Shown here: one piece after another, positions 37,121 to 62,004 of the stretch
How positions within the stretch are numbered: the first letter of the stretch is position 1
Layout of the letters: each line of letters begins with the position of its first letter
Notes under the pieces: generated by a model
Told to the model about the DNA's origin: nothing
The model's input: the letters and a program-made list of their open reading frames with translations, nothing else
Databases searched by the model: none
From: Macrostomum lignano
Lineage: Eukaryota
Assembly: GCA_002269645.1 (NCBI GenBank)
Contig: NIVC01000390.1
Location: forward strand, 372,001 to 436,000
Direction: 5' to 3'
DNA: 64,000 bases
Made by a program: the position numbers and the translations under genes

Positions 37121-37678
37121 CGCTTTCCTCACCCCAATGTACACCCACTCCCGATATCAGGGCACAATAGCCCGCTTTCCTCACCCCAATGTACATCCAC
37201 TCCCGATATCAGGGCACAATAGCCCGCTTTCCTCACCCCAATGTACATCCACTCCCGATATCAGGGCACAATAGCCCGCTTTCCTCACCCCAATGTACAC
37301 CCACTCCCGATATCAGGGCACAATAGCCCGCTTTCCTCACTCCAATGTACACCCACTCCCGATATCAGGGCACAATAGCCCGCTTTCCTCACCCCAATGT
37401 ACACTCACTCCCGATATCAGGGCACAATAGCCCGCTTTCCTCACTCCAATGTACACCCACTCCCGATATCAGGGCACAATAGCCCGCTTTCCCCACCCCA
37501 ATGTACACTCACTCCCGATATCAGGGCACAATAGCCCGCTTTCCTCACCCCAATGTACATCCACTCCCGATATCAGGGCACAATAGCCCGCTTTCCTCAC
37601 CCCAATGTACACCCACTCCCGATACCAGGGCACAATAGCCCGCTTTCCTCACCCCAATGTACACTCACTCCCGATATC
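37121..37678. repeat. 52-bp minisatellite between TIMELESS and TMF1
   Basis: Unit CGCTTTCCTCACCCCAATGTACACCCACTCCCGATATCAGGGCACAATAGCC, about 10.7 copies. Confidence 0.95.
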
Positions 37679-38215
37679 AAACCCTAGTTGCTCCAGTTTA
37701 TAATCAATTAGCAATTTTACTCTTAAACTAACATTATTATCAACCATCCAATATCATTGCTCTTATTTGAAATTTCCATTCGTTTACTCTTTGTATTTCA
37801 TTTGATCTTTCAGTCAAACTAAGCAGCTAGCTGGATATTATTTTTGTACTCTGCTTTTCCCAGTTCATTGGTAATTTCTGCATTGACATTATTTTGCTCC
37901 TAAATAGCCTGAAGTTAAGAAGTAAATATTTTTTTCAAAAATAATTGTACTTATGTGACGTAATCCGATTTACTTTTACTTTTTGGCAATATGAAAGAGT
38001 CATCGTAAGTGCCAGCTTTACTACTACTAACAGAAGTACTAAACAAATGTTAATAAATCATTGCTTGCACCATTTCTGCTGCTCAAGTTAACCAGCTCAT
38101 CATTGGTGCGGGCTTAAATAGCCGCAAAAAGTGCTAATAATACAAAAATAGTAATTGTCTCAGAAGCGTAGCTCTGGAAAACTAAAACAATAACAGCTCA
38201 ACTGTAGCAGGCAAA

Positions 38216-48495
<10,280 letters not shown>

Positions 48496-48603
48496 TTGTA
48501 GCTACTCACCGCAATCTGTGCGTTGTAGTTCTTCAGTTCCTTTTTTGGGGTGTTGGCTTACTAGCTTTTAAATATGTAGCTAGCAGGAACTATGAGCTGT
48601 GTA

Positions 48604-49018
48604 GAGCCGCGGCAGTCAGTGACGCACTATAGAGTGACACATGCCATGCCGCGGCAGTCAGTGACGCACTATAGAGTGACACATGCCATGCCGCGGCAGT
48701 CAGTGACGCACTAAAGAGTGACACATGCCATGCCGCGGCAGTCAGTGACGCACTATAGAGTGACACATGCCATGCCGCGGCAGTCAGTGACGCACTAAAG
48801 AGTGACACATGCCATGCCGCGGCAGTCAGTGACGCACTATAGAGTGACACATGCCATGCCGCGGCAGTCAGTGACGCACTAAAGAGTGACACATGCCATG
48901 CCGCGGCAGTCAGTGACGCACTATAGAGTGACACATGCCATGCCGCGGCAGTCAGTGACGCACTAAAGAGTGACACATGCCATGCCGCGGCAGTCAGTGA
49001 CGCACTAAAGAGTGACAC
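48604..49018. repeat. 42-bp minisatellite 3' of the TMF1 stop
   Basis: Unit GCCGCGGCAGTCAGTGACGCACTATAGAGTGACACATGCCAT, about 10 copies. Confidence 0.95.
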
Positions 49019-49949
49019 AATGTCATTCTGTTATTATTCTTGTCAATGTACCTATTGGATTGTTACTGTCCAATAGATGCAGTTAGTTACTATGCGTGAA
49101 TGTGACCATATTTGTAAATCGCAACTGGGGATCTTGAATCCCATACACATTGCCAGCACTGTATTGTTACATCCTGATCTTTAATCTGTGATACTCAAAT
49201 ATTTTACTCCCAGCTTTGGTGGTGTAGTGCCCGATAGAAATTCAATATACAGAACTTGACTACTTTAATATAACTATCTATATACTACTCGTGTAGCCTG
49301 GCCGTATAAGTAGTAGTGGGGTTGAAATGAATTCGCGCTGCCAAAACTTAATTAGTATTTTTGCGGTGCTGCGCACTGTGACCGGGCCGGCACTTTAAGA
49401 GCAACTATGTTAGGCTTTGCTAGCCATTATTTCTTATTGTCTTTCCCGTTTAAATAACTGCTTGTTTCTTTATTAATTGTAATATTTGTCTCTCTGTTAT
49501 ATTTTGTTCTGTACTATTGGTTAAGTTGGGTTTAAATTTTATTAATAATATAATAATGTTTCATTATACATTCATGTACTAGTATGTATTGGTGAGTGCA
49601 TGCACATTTTCATAAGTGTTTAATGCATAACAACCTAATGTAACCTCTGCTTTCTGTGTTTACTTTGGTGTGCCATGTATGCAGCTCCGCTTTCGCGATG
49701 AACTTCTTGATGCCACTGTGGATTTATTTATTTATTTTTCTTATGATATCGAAAGAATTGTAATGTACACTTATGTGTCTTTGCTGACAATTATGTTTCA
49801 TATATATATATATATACTCGATGCTCATTATGTGATTTTCTGTTCCATTTCAACCGCACCCAGTTACCATGCACACCTAACACAAATTTAATCTGTCTTA
49901 TATTGAACTCGCTTAATAAGGAAAAGAATAAGACAGTCCGTGCTTCCTC

Positions 49950-50616
49950 CCTCACCCTCCCTGATTGTCCCTCACCCTCTCTGACTGTCTCTCACCCTCT
50001 CTGACTGTCCTTCGCTCTCTATAACTGTCCCTCACCCAGTCACCCTCTCTGACTGTCTCTCACCCTCTCTGACTGTCCTTCGCCCTCTATAACTGTCCCT
50101 CACCCAGTCACCCTCTCTGACTGTCTCTCACCCTCTCTGACTGTCCCTCACCCTCTCTGATTGTCCCTCACCCTCTCTGATTGTCCCTCACCCTCTCTGA
50201 CTGTCCCTCACCCTCCCTGATTGTCCTTCACCCTCTATGACTGTCCCTCACCCTCTCTGATTGTCCCTCACCCAGTCACCCTCTATGACTGTCTCTCACC
50301 CTCTATGACTGTCTCTCACCCTCTCTGACTGTCCTTCGCCCTCTCTGACTGTCCGTCGCCCTCTATTATTGTCCCTCACCCAGTCACCCTCTCTGACTGT
50401 CTCTCACCCTCTCTGACTGTCTCTCACCCTCTCTGACTGTCCTTCGCCCTCTCTGACTGTCCGTCGCCCTCTATTATTGTCCCTCACCCAGTCACCCTCT
50501 CTGACTGTCCCTCACCCTCTCTGATTGTCCCTCACCCTCTCTGACTGTCCCTCACCCTCTCTGACTGTCATTCACCCTCTATGACTGTCTCTCACCCTCT
50601 CTGACTGTCCCTCACC
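49950..50616. repeat. ~19-bp pyrimidine-rich minisatellite
   Basis: Unit approx. CTCACCCTCTCTGACTGTC. Confidence 0.9.
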
Positions 50617-53600
50617 TTTTGCTATCTGAACGCTTGTCAACTGAGCCACGCTTGTCCAGCTGTTTGGCAATGATCGGTATACTCGTGAGAGAATAAAACG
50701 GCAAATAAGCAGTAATTTTATATCTATATGCCATCTGAAAATTTTCCTAAATCGGCAGTTATTCTTAGCGAAATTTCGAAGCCTATATAAATACAGTAGG
50801 TGATAGTTGACTCAGCCCCACACGCGTGCAGGAAGTGCCACAGAAGTGGCCTCCAACTCCCGCCCCCCACGTGGGCCTTTGTGCTCCTGTCTCCCCCCCC
50901 CCGAGTCGTTAATGTCGACTTGGTTGCCATAAAAGGGGAGTTGTGCCAGGCCAGGAACAGGAAACGCCCGGCTTTTGGCGCAGATCCTCCAGCCCAACTT
51001 GTATTGCCGCCAATGCCACCTGTGTTTGCTCGCCTGGACTCATTTTCGCTCCCCATCCCCCATCTCGCCTCCATCTCTGGGGTCTCAAGGGGGCGCTGAG
51101 CTGGCCGCAATCTCCAGTTGCCATAGCTCCGCGGGCCCGCTCTTTTGCTCGCTCTCAGCTCTTGTGGGGCCGTCTTTGTCGTCATCGTCTGGAGCAGTTC
51201 AGTCGCTTCTTGCTTTCCTTTCTCTCTGTTGGCATTGCGTAATAGGCTGTCATAGTCTTTGAGATCTCCCTTGCACGCGAGATGAAGCTAACAAGGAATG
51301 AGGCTGCAGACTGCGCGAGAAAAATGTGAATCTAATTTTTTTCCCAATCGTCTGTTTTAGCGACAGTGACGAGAAGACTGTTGAGAGACGATGCGAGTGC
51401 GGTGGACTGGGAAACAAAGAGCAGTCACAGTACTTGGGCTATTAATTAGACGCGAGGTATGCGGCTTCGCGGATAGACCAAATTGTGAGTCACTGCCTAG
51501 AGGACAGAGAAGGGACATGACAAACAATGTGTTGTCTTCCGTCTCTCCACAAAATTTAAAATCACACCTCTTTAAAACTACTGGTATGCATGCATTACCA
51601 AATTTTTTCATTAACACTACCCTTCCTTTAATTAAGAGATTCTGGCAGCACTGCAGAAACAAAACGTATTAAATTCCTGAAATGGTAAAAACCATGACAA
51701 CGTCGTAAAGCGAGCGTTTTACAACGGTGAGCTCGAGATTTCACATCGTCAAAAACTCTTGCGAGTCACTCCCACTTAAGCTGCTTCGACATCGTGAAGT
51801 TTCTATAATGTGATGTTACTGAGTTTCAACAAGCAAGACTTCTCGACAACGTGAAATTTTGGAGCAAGCTTAGTAAGCATCTTTAATTGAAAGTTCAGAT
51901 GCAATGCTAAATGCAGTAGAATTTGTGTTGTGCGTCGGTGATGCAGTCTGCTCGCCTACTAAGGACTGCATCGATGATCAGATTTTATGACTAGTTGGGA
52001 TACTGTGTGCGGGCATTGTAGCTTCTTATAGGCTCCTCCACAGTATATCGATCGCTATCAGCTATGTTCTATCCGTTGCGTTTCTAAAGCCTCGATCAAT
52101 CAAAGTTTTAACATGCGAGGCGCGCGCGCGCAAAGCTGCAGGGTCCCAAAGCCTGCTGAACATACTGAGTATTGTGTTGCAAGGCATGCTGCAGGGTACA
52201 AGCGGAGGTCACTGCTGGCTCATACGCCTTCAAGCCTTACAAAAGCTGAATGGAGGCCGCAGAGATCAAGTCAAGTCCGATTCGAGCGGAGACGTTCGAA
52301 TGCGTCTCAAAAAGACATTTTGTTGCGCGCTCCTTCGGCTGGGACCAAGCTTGCTTAGAGGGCTTCCTGGATGCAAATTAACTTGCGGGCCTCCGGGCTC
52401 CGGCTTGCGCTTACGTAAGCGGCACCGCAGGGGGATCTCCCAGCTGCTTTCCAGACTCTCCCCTGCATCTCCTATGCAATGGAAATTTTTTTATGGGCTA
52501 GGCCTAACAAAGCCTTAACCTTCTTGCCGTGCCACTCTCACTCTCGGCCTATCAGTTCGCCCTGCATGGCCCTTTAACCTCTTCGCGTAAACAGTTTTCC
52601 CAGCAGGGGGTGGGGGCGGGCGGATTCGAGATCCCCGGCTGCGAATCGGCCAGTTGCCCCCCTACGGTGTCACGGCCTCGCCCCCCAGCGGCCCAACCCC
52701 ATCAGTCTATACGCTAGATTACGTGATCCCTTGGTAACAAGCAGTATATTTTGGCATTAATCTCTGCTTCACTCACTCTCCCTCTTTCTTGCCTGATAGC
52801 CTAGAGAGGAGCCGCTGCATGGTTACCTGAATATATATCAGCTAACTGTTAGTCAATATCCCCTGTGGGAACGAGTGAATCGGCGAAATGACAGGCTATA
52901 GCCTATATACATGCATGTAGGCTCATTCTGCTGGAGCCATTCCACGAGCCGTAACGGCTGATGGCTAACCCAGAGACTAGTATCTGCGACTAAAATATTG
53001 AATAATTTTGCTGGCTATACATGTAACTGCCTAATAATGTGCTTCGCTCTAGGCTACAGTTTGTATCTTTCTGATGTTATATCGTTTTAAGACTGCCAAT
53101 CATATTCAACCAATTTTTGTACTTAATTCGTCTATGGTCAAAACACCGTCTATGTTTCGTGCCACATGCAGGCACAGGCAGAGCATCGAATTTAAGACAC
53201 AGAGCAGTTCTTTTTTTAAAGTAAAATCCCTTTCAGTCGAATTTGCAAGCTGTTATGTATAGGATATTCGATGGCTCTCGGGATGGCCTTCGGCTCTCGG
53301 GATTTAATCACATACCGACCTCAAACCCATAGAATATCGTATTTAAACTACTTTAATTTTGCCGGAGCCATACTTGTATGTCTATGGTTGAAGTTGGGGA
53401 TGTGGGGGTGTGGGGGCGAAGAAATTTTTCGAGTCACGAAGGAAGAGGAGAGAGAAGCTCGCTTATTTAGGTACATACAATAATCCTTGCAATATGTCTG
53501 GGAAAGTGATCGATTGAATCCCGCAAAATAAAATCTATGTCAATAACCTCCCTGAAAGTGAGCTTTAAATTGGTTTAATTTACCATAGACGAAAAGTCGA

Positions 53601-54465
53601 AGATGTAATTTATAATTTAACGGGATTTATCTTGTATAATTTCAGGCTCTTAGAAACATAAGAAAAATTAAAAGCATTAAGCATTAGAAGCCATAGACGA
53701 CAAATATTATTTTCACAACCTTCTTACCATAGATTAGAAGAGGGCTCTGCCCCACACCCCCGCAAGGGGGCTAACCGCCATCTTGACCCCGCAATGCAGT
53801 GCCATAGACAAATGTCACATGTTCCGAGATTTATTAGGTTAAATCCCAGAAAAGGAAGGAATTTATGTGAGACCTGCCCGCCGTGCAAATGGAGCTGGAG
53901 AGTCCACACCAGACGAACTCAATCTACAGGATTGGGGACGGGGTTCCATGGTGCTGAAAAGAATCGCAGAGTCCTGCATGGATGTCATCACGGTTGCCAA
54001 GAGTGCAGTCTGGTTTGCTCACACACTGCGCTTCCTACCCCACTGATTGGCCCGTGAAAACATCTGATTGAGCACACATTTGGTCTGACAGCTTAGTCAC
54101 AGTTGCAGTTGCAGACTTTCTGCGTCACAAAATACACATTTTTTGTCTAATGTCTCTGACTTTTAAGTCTGAATTCAACTGCTCTATGTCTGAAATTCAA
54201 TGCTCTCCCCATACTCAGTTTTGGCCATAGACAATCGCCGAGGTTGAATATGGCTGGCCGTGTGTTAAATTCAATGCTCGACTTCTTAAGTAAAATGAAA
54301 AACGCTATATGAGCATATTAAATCACTAACTCTGCTTGTAATCGTATTTTTTCATGTCTACCCTACTTACTGAGATTAGCCTTCCTGCAAACAGATTCTA
54401 TAAAAAGCAGCCTTACTGCATGCAAACATTCTCCTCCCAAACAGTGTCTCGTTCTGATCGACTCC

Positions 54466-54860
54466 CTGCAACTAACCTGACAGACAACTCCCTGCAACTA
54501 ACCTGACAGACAGGCTCCCTGTAACTAACCTGACAGACAACTCCCTGCAACTAACCTGACAGACAGAGCTCCCTGCAACTAACCTGACAGACAGAGCTCC
54601 CTGTAACTAACCTGACAGACAACTCCCTGCAACTAACCTGACAGACAGAGCTCCCTGCAACTAACCTGACAGACAGAGCTCCCTGCAACTAACCTGACAG
54701 ACAGAGCTCCCTGCAACTAACCTGACAGACAACTCCCTGCAACTAACCTGACAGACAGAGCTCCCTGCAACTAACCTGACAGACAGAGCTCCCTGCAACT
54801 AACCTGACAGACAGAGCTCCCTGCAACTAACCTGACAGACAGAGCTCCCTGCAACTAACC
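54466..54860. repeat. 22-26-bp minisatellite
   Basis: Unit CTCCCTGCAACTAACCTGACAGACA(GAG). Confidence 0.9.
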
Positions 54861-55477
54861 TGACAGACAGGCTCCCTGCAAGAACCTTCTGACCGACAGA
54901 CTCCCTTCATAAACCCGTACATGTTTATGAAAGCTCATTTCAATAAACATGCGTTTGTGACTCAGTTGCAGCGCTATCTCCGTAGAGACGAATCCGGTAG
55001 CAAAGTTGTAGCAATTAATAAGTGTCGTGCGAATTGTCGAGCTGTCTGTCAATCAGTATTGTCTACAACTGAATCTCTTTTGAAGCAGCTTATTCACACT
55101 GCGATTTGATTAAATTACCTGCTTCTGTTGGATAGTAACTTTTCATAATTAAATTAGTAATTTTGGCGCATGCAACAAAAAGTGAGCTACGAGTCGTATA
55201 GGCATTGTCCCTGGTGGACAGGCTCCGGCCTGTCGAAATTAGGAAGTGCTTCTTGAGAAATGACCCAACCCATTGTCAGAATTGGCGACACTCGAGCTGG
55301 AAGCGTGGATACATAAATAACAAAATTAAAAATTCGCACAATACTCGCGCTGCGATGCCAAGCTGCCCTCGGCCGCCCCAAAAAATTACAATTATCGGTG
55401 TCTGTGCGTCCAATGTAACCATGCCATACAAGGGAATCACGACAGGCTGAAGAAAAATACTGAGATGGTAAACTTCA

Positions 55478-56722
55478 GGACAGGGACACCAACCTGAGAA
55501 CAGGGACACCAGCTTTAAGACAGGGACACCAAGCTTAGGGCAGAAACACCAACTTTAAGACAGGTACACCAACCTCAGGGCAGAAACACCAACTTTAAGA
55601 CAGGTACACCAACCTCAGGGCAGAAACACCAACTTTAAGACAGGTACACCAACCTCAGGGCAGAAACACCAACTTTAAGACAGGTTCATCAACCTCAGGG
55701 CAGAAGCACCAACTTCAAGACAGGTACAACAAGCTCAAGGCAGAAGCACCAACTTCAAGACAGTGACAACAAGCTCAAGGCAGAAGCACCAACTTCAAGA
55801 CAGGTACACCAACCTCAGGGCAGAAGCACCAACTTCAAGACAGGTACACCAACCTCAGGGCAGAAACACCAACTTTAAGACAGGTACACCAACCTCAGGG
55901 CAGAAACACCAACTTTAAGACAGGTACACCAACCTCAGGGCAGAAACACCAACTTTAAGACAGGTACACCAACCTCAGGGCAGAAACACCAACTTTAAGA
56001 CAGGTACACCAACCTCAGGGCAGAAACACCAACTTTAAGACAGGTACACCAACCTCAGGGCAGAAACACCAACTTTAAGACAGGTACACCAACCTCAGGG
56101 CAGAAACACCAACTTTAAGACAGGTACACCAACCTCAGGGCAGAAACACCAACTTTAAGACAGGTTCATCAACCTCAGGGCAGAAGCACCAACTTTAAGA
56201 CAGGTACACCAACCTCAGGGCAGAAACACCAACTTTAAGACAGGTACACCAACCTCAGGGCAGAAACACCAACTTTAAGACAGGTTCATCAACCTCAGGG
56301 CAGAAACACCAACTTTAAGACAGGTACACCAACCTCAGGGCAGAAACACCAACTTTAAGACAGGTTCATCAACCTCAGGGCAGAAGCACCAACTTCAAGA
56401 CAGGTTCATCAACCTCAGGGCAGAAACACCAACTTTAAGACAGGTACACCAACCTCAGGGCAGAAACACCAACTTTAAGACAGGTACACCAACCTCAGGG
56501 CAGAAACACCAACTTTAAGACAGGTACACCAACCTCAGGGCAGAAGCACCAACTTTAAGACAGGTTCATCAACCTCAGGGCAGAAGCACCAACTTCAAGA
56601 CAGTAACACCAAGCTCAGGGCAGAAGCACCAACTTCAAGACAGTAACACCAAGCTCAGGGCAGAAGCACCAACTTCAAGACAGGTACACCAAGCTCAGGG
56701 CAGAAGCACCAACTTCAAGACA
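55478..56722. repeat. 40-bp minisatellite (two 20-bp subunits)
   Basis: Unit CAGGTACACCAACCTCAGGGCAGAAACACCAACTTTAAGA. Confidence 0.95.
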
Positions 56723-57554
56723 GAGAGGCCAGCTTCAGCAGAAGGTCGTCACTTCAGGATTAGAATATCTGACATCAGAACCTCAGAACAACTTAATTTA
56801 ACGCAGGGAATTCAGTTTCAATCAACTACGGTACCCATTAGGATACGCTGGCTGTTTAATGAAGCTTGAGTAGCAATTTATTGAGCTGATTCTCATTGAA
56901 TTCAATGAGCCCTCAGCCGCCTCACTGAGCCATTCAATTCATTCTTGCGCAGTTTTTGAAGCCAAAATGAACAATGGAAACGCTAATGCTGGCCGATCAA
57001 TCAGCCCATTTCTGGCGCAACAAGGGCCATTCAAAAGAATTTAGCTTTCTAGAACTGCAGGCTATCGAGTGCTGAAAACTTTGATATAGCAATTCATTGA
57101 AGCTGTTATGTCACGGGTCTCTGGACGCATATTTTTGGAAAGGCTGGCCTAATCCCCCATTAATCCTCTTTCTGCTAGCAAAAGAGCCAATATATCAAGT
57201 GGAGCAGGACGTAACAATAACCCAGGTAGAGAGAGCTCTCAGCTTGCGGGGCATTAATATCTTGACAGGAGATCGCTGTGCGGGCGAGCAAAATATAATA
57301 AATGAATTTGTCAGAACCATTCGGACAATAGGTATAGAATGAAAATTCTGCGGGTCCATTCGTGGACCATATGTGGGCAAACATCCTGCATGGGTGTGAG
57401 CTCTTCCTTTACGGATGCCTGCTTGGGACACCGGGTTGGAGAGCTTTGACAGGAAATGGGAGCTTGAAACTTTTTAGACTGCGATTTCTTTGCTTTTCCT
57501 GCGTAGTACGAGCATATTTGTAAATATAGTCTCGGAGCAGCTTATGTCATAGAG

Positions 57555-58990
57555 GTGGAGATGGGAGCTGTAAGAGTGGGGAGTGGGAGCTGTAAGAATG
57601 GGGAATGGGAGCTGTTAGGAAAGGGAGATGGGAGCTGTAAGAGTGGGGAATGGGAGCTGTTAGGAAAGGGAGATGGGAGCTGTAAGAGTGGGGAATGGGA
57701 GCTGTTAGGAAAGGGAGATGGGAGCTGTAAGAGTGGGGAATGGGAGCTGTTAGGAAAGGGAGATGGGAGCTGTAGGAGAGGGAGGTGGGAGCTGTAGGAG
57801 AGGGAGGTGGAAGCTGTAGGAGAGGGAGATGGGAGCTGTAGGAAAGGGAGATGGGAGTTGCAGGAAAGGGAGATGGGAGCTGCAGGAAAGGGAGATGGGA
57901 GCTGCAGGAAAGGGCGATGGGAGCTGTAGGAAAGGGAGATGGGAGCTGCAGGAAAGGGAGATGGGAGCTGTAGGAAAGGGAGATGGGAGCTGCAGGAAAG
58001 GGAGATGGGAGCTGTAGGAAAGGGAGATGGGAGCTGTTAGGAAAGGGAGATGGAGCTGTAAGAGTGGGGAATGGGAGCTGTTAGGAAAGGGAGATGGGAG
58101 CTGTAGGAGAGGGAGGTGGGAGCTGTAGGAGAGGGAGGTGGAAGCTGTAGGAGAGGGAGATGGGAGCTGTAGGAAAGGGAGATGGGAGCTGCAGGAAAGG
58201 GAGATGGGAGCTGTAGGAAAGGGAGATGGGAGCTGCAGGAAAGGGCGATGGGAGCTGTAGGAAAGGGAGATGGGAGCTGCAGGAAAGGGCGATGGGAGCT
58301 GTAGGAAAGGGAGATGGGAGCTGTAGGAAAGGGAGATGGGAGCTGCAGGAAAGGGAGATGGGAGCTGCAGGAAAGGGCGATGGGAGCTGTAGGAAAGGGA
58401 GATGGGAGCTGCAGGAAAGGGAGATGGGAGCTGTAGGAAAGGGAGATGGGAGCTGCAGGAAAGGGAGATGGGAGCTGCAGGAAAGGGAGATGGGAGCTGC
58501 AGGAAAGGGAGATGGGAGCTGCAGGAAAGGGAGATGGGAGCTGTAGGAAAGGGAGATGGGAGCTGCAGGAAAGGGAGATGGGAGCTGCAGGAAAGGGAGG
58601 TGGGAGCTGTAGGAAAGGGAGATGGGAGCTGCAGGAAAGGGAGATGGGAGCTGTAGGAAAGGGAGATGGGAGCTGCAGGAAAGGGAGATGGGAGCTGTAG
58701 GATAGGGAGATGGGAGCTGCAGGAAAGGGAGATGGAAGCTGTAGGATAGGGAGATGGGAGCTGTAGGAGAGGGAGGTGGGAGCTGTAGGAGAGGGAGGTG
58801 GGAGCTGTAGGAGAGGGAGGTGGGAGCTGTAGGAGAGGGAGGTGGGAGCTGTAGAAGAGGGAGATGGGAGCTGTAGGAGAGGGAGATGGGAGCTGTAGGA
58901 GAGGGAGGTGGGAGCTGTAGGAGAGGGAGGTGGGAGCTGTAGAAGAGGGAGATGGGAGCTGTAGGAGAGGGAGATGGGAGCTGTAGGAGA
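57555..58990. repeat. 22-bp purine/G-rich minisatellite
   Basis: Unit GGGAGCTG(T/C)AGGAAAGGGAGAT. Confidence 0.95.
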
Positions 58991-61515
58991 GGGAGTTGAA
59001 GCTTTAAGAAAGGGAATTGTGAGCTTTAAAAGATGGTTTAAACCAGATCTCGACCATCCATGCGCTTTCATCCCTGTTCTAGTTGTAGGAGCCATGGCTG
59101 GGGTTAGGGTTGCCTATCTGCCTGTTTTAGGTCAGTTTACGTTTGACGCGTATAGCCGATTCGTTTGAGCTGAGTGATGAACGAAAAAACGGCGGCAAAA
59201 ACGCAGAGAGAGGATGGTAATATGCGGGCTGCACGCCTAAGCCGCATGTAGTGTACAGAGAGGGCTTGAGAGAGAGTTGGAGTCTAACTGCTGCTGCTGC
59301 TCCACCCTAAGCCCAAGATTCCACCTCACCCGTGCCTAAGCCCTTGCAGCAGTGGATGACGTAATCATGCATATAGCAGGGCTGGAGGGTATAAGGTCCT
59401 GCTATACGGTGTATGCTATGCTATATATTGCATGGTGGCTCTAGTTTGTGGGGGCGTGGGTGCGGCCTCCACACAGCAGCGCTGTGCTGATTGCATAACC
59501 TTAGGGAGGGGGGAGGGGCGGTCGGGCTTCCCGTTCCCACCACCCCAACCCCCATTTTCCCTGTCCGTCTCACAGCTGTGAAGTTTCTGCCCCTGACCTC
59601 AATCTGTCTTCTTTCGCTCTGTCTCTCTATACCCCTCTCTCTCCTCTATGCGCTCTCAAACACAACTGCTCAATGTAGACAGGCCTCGACTCTTCTTTCT
59701 TAGCTAGCTCTCTAACCAGTTCGATCTAGCTAAAACGCAAAGGCTTTCATTTCCAATTTCCCCATGTTTCAATCAGAGATTAAGAGCTATTAATCCGGCT
59801 CATTGTGGACCGATCATCTTTTAGTTGTAAAACGGATTCGTTATTAATGTTCTCTAGAGCACGTAATGTACTCACTGCTCTCACAGGGGGTATAGCTCGT
59901 ACCTATGGTTGAGACGATAATCTTTGTTCATTTAGTTTTCTCTCAAGAAAATACAATATTAATTACGAGCTAGATATTGTATAGAGATGTAGAGATGTAT
60001 ATTTATTTGTTTTCTCTCTATGGAACCTCAGAACCTCAGATCTCACTCTACCGGTCTACCCACAGCAGCCGAACTTAAACAAAAACGGACGGGCACACCT
60101 ACCTGCCTGATTTTAATTTCTTTTTTTTGCAATATTATATGAGCCCCGAGCCGCGCCTGTTACGGAAGGCTTAAGTTACAGACAGGATTGTCACATAGTC
60201 TTCATCCTCTGCTGCGCGTAGTCTTTATTCGTTTTTTAAATGACACGCGGCAATTGTTTCTCTTTTTTCTCTCAGGGCGAAATCTGAGAGTGAGAGAGAA
60301 TGATGATAGCATTGAGGCCAGGAAGGAAATCAATGCCAGCTGACGTTATCAGCGGTTTCAGCCAGCCTAACCCGTTGCCCCCTCAGTCGGCAGCTAAGAC
60401 CTAACTCATTGACAAGACTTATACTGGCCTCTTTTTCCCTTCTCTTTATCCAGCCATTACTTGCTGCCGTTCCCAGCTGAGAGGCTTAACCCACCGGTCC
60501 CCCACCCCAGCTCCTCGTGTCTTATACTAAGGCTTTGGTTTTTGGGCGCGCCCCTCGAACACACACAAGAAGACGCGGTCCCAGGGCCTGTGTGTTCAAC
60601 CCCTGCTCCCCCTCCACACCAAAAAGCCTTTGTGGCGGGGGTGGAAGGCAGACGAACTAACCTACATTGTTACGTAATCGCTCACATGGCCCGGTGCTGA
60701 ATCACCCTCTCGGGTCTGGCCAAATTTTTGGGAAAGGATAGGGCAAAGGGGTGGGGGTAGGGACGGGCGTGTGGAGAGAGATGTGAAGGGCTGGCTGGGG
60801 TCTCTCAGTGCAGCTTTGGGCCCCGATCAGGTCAGGCCTGCGCGGGGGTGGGGTTTGGGGCAGGCGGACCGCGCCCGGCCCAGATGTACATAGCCACCCA
60901 CCCCATTCTCACTCCCAGACGTCCAATTAGATAGTGGGTTTTCAACCAGAACCCTCTTCCATCTCCAATTCCTTCGCTCGCCCTCTCTTTGCACGGGAGC
61001 ATATTTAAAACCCGAGGCCAGGGCTCCCTTTAGGTGCAGCTAAAGTGGTTCTAGCTATCAAAAGAACGCTTAGAAAAATTCGAGATTGTTAGATTTTCAG
61101 AAATTTTTGTTAAAACAGCTCTCATTAAACTGTACACAGTTACTGTGTACATTACACTGTAGCAAACTAATACCCATTGCTCTTTCTAAACGTAGTATTT
61201 CGAAATCGCATAAATATAACTTCAGTTGAGTATTTGTGCAAGCACAGTTAATAGCTCGACATCACTGCGCCAGTGCGACCATTACTAAAGGTACGTTAAC
61301 GTAATATACACGTACGAATCAATGTAGCTAATGGTATTTTGTTTTACCAAACTAATTTCAATAATCCCAATATATCATATCCACACAAACCCTTCTATTC
61401 GTTTCAGCGAACCTTCCATCCGCCCACTCCACTACATCTGGATCCCCGAGCGCGTAACACCAGTGTCCCTTTTTATACGTTTTTAAAAGCTTTTATGAAG
61501 AAGATATTCCTGCAG

Positions 61516-61927
61516 CATGCTCAGCAGAATTGCGAACTGCAGCGGGGACCTCCGGATGAATTCCCCACCACACCAGCACCAGCATTCCCAGCAACAACAG
61601 CCTTCGAGGACCATCACTTCGGCCCATCGTCCACGTCCTCTTCATCATCAAACCTGATGACCCTGGCAACAGCCGCCGCTACAGCCGCCGCTGTGCCAGA
61701 GCCTCATCCGGAGGAATTCACTACTGGACCGCAAGTTTTAGCCGGAGTGCCAAGCAGTGCCAGACTGAATCTGCTAGGCGGAGCCTGCGGTCCAGAGTTC
61801 GACGCCTACGCCGCGGCCAATTCGTCCTCCTATTCGAATTCGCCGCAGAAGTCGTCCCTGTTGCTGACATCGGCGCAGCCTCAGGAGTCGCCATCTAAGG
61901 CAAAGAGGGCCAAAGCTCGAGGAAGCA
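61516..61927 (+). CDS. Probable internal coding exon of an unidentified gene (Ser/Ala/Pro-rich, basic patch KAKRAKAR at end)
   Basis: Acceptor TTCCTGCAG|, donor A|GTGAGT, open GC-rich frame with host-like composition. No domain recognised. Confidence 0.5.
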
Positions 61928-62004
61928 GTGAGTTGTCGAATTTTAACTGCATTGCGAAACCACATCCAGGATTTCTGCACACACTAACAAGTACTAACTA
62001 CTCA

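Noticed and set aside
57097-57342. Short ORF with faint TIR-domain-like wording (LRGINILTGDRCAGEQNIINEF)
   Set aside because: Too short and weak to call without a profile search, and no convincing splice sites or partner exons were found.
59357-61305. D-box/CRE-like sites (TGACGTAA 59357, TTACGTAA 60670) suggesting clock or light regulation near TIMELESS
   Set aside because: They are over 20 kb downstream of TIMELESS, which is the replication-fork type, and a few 8-mers are compatible with chance.
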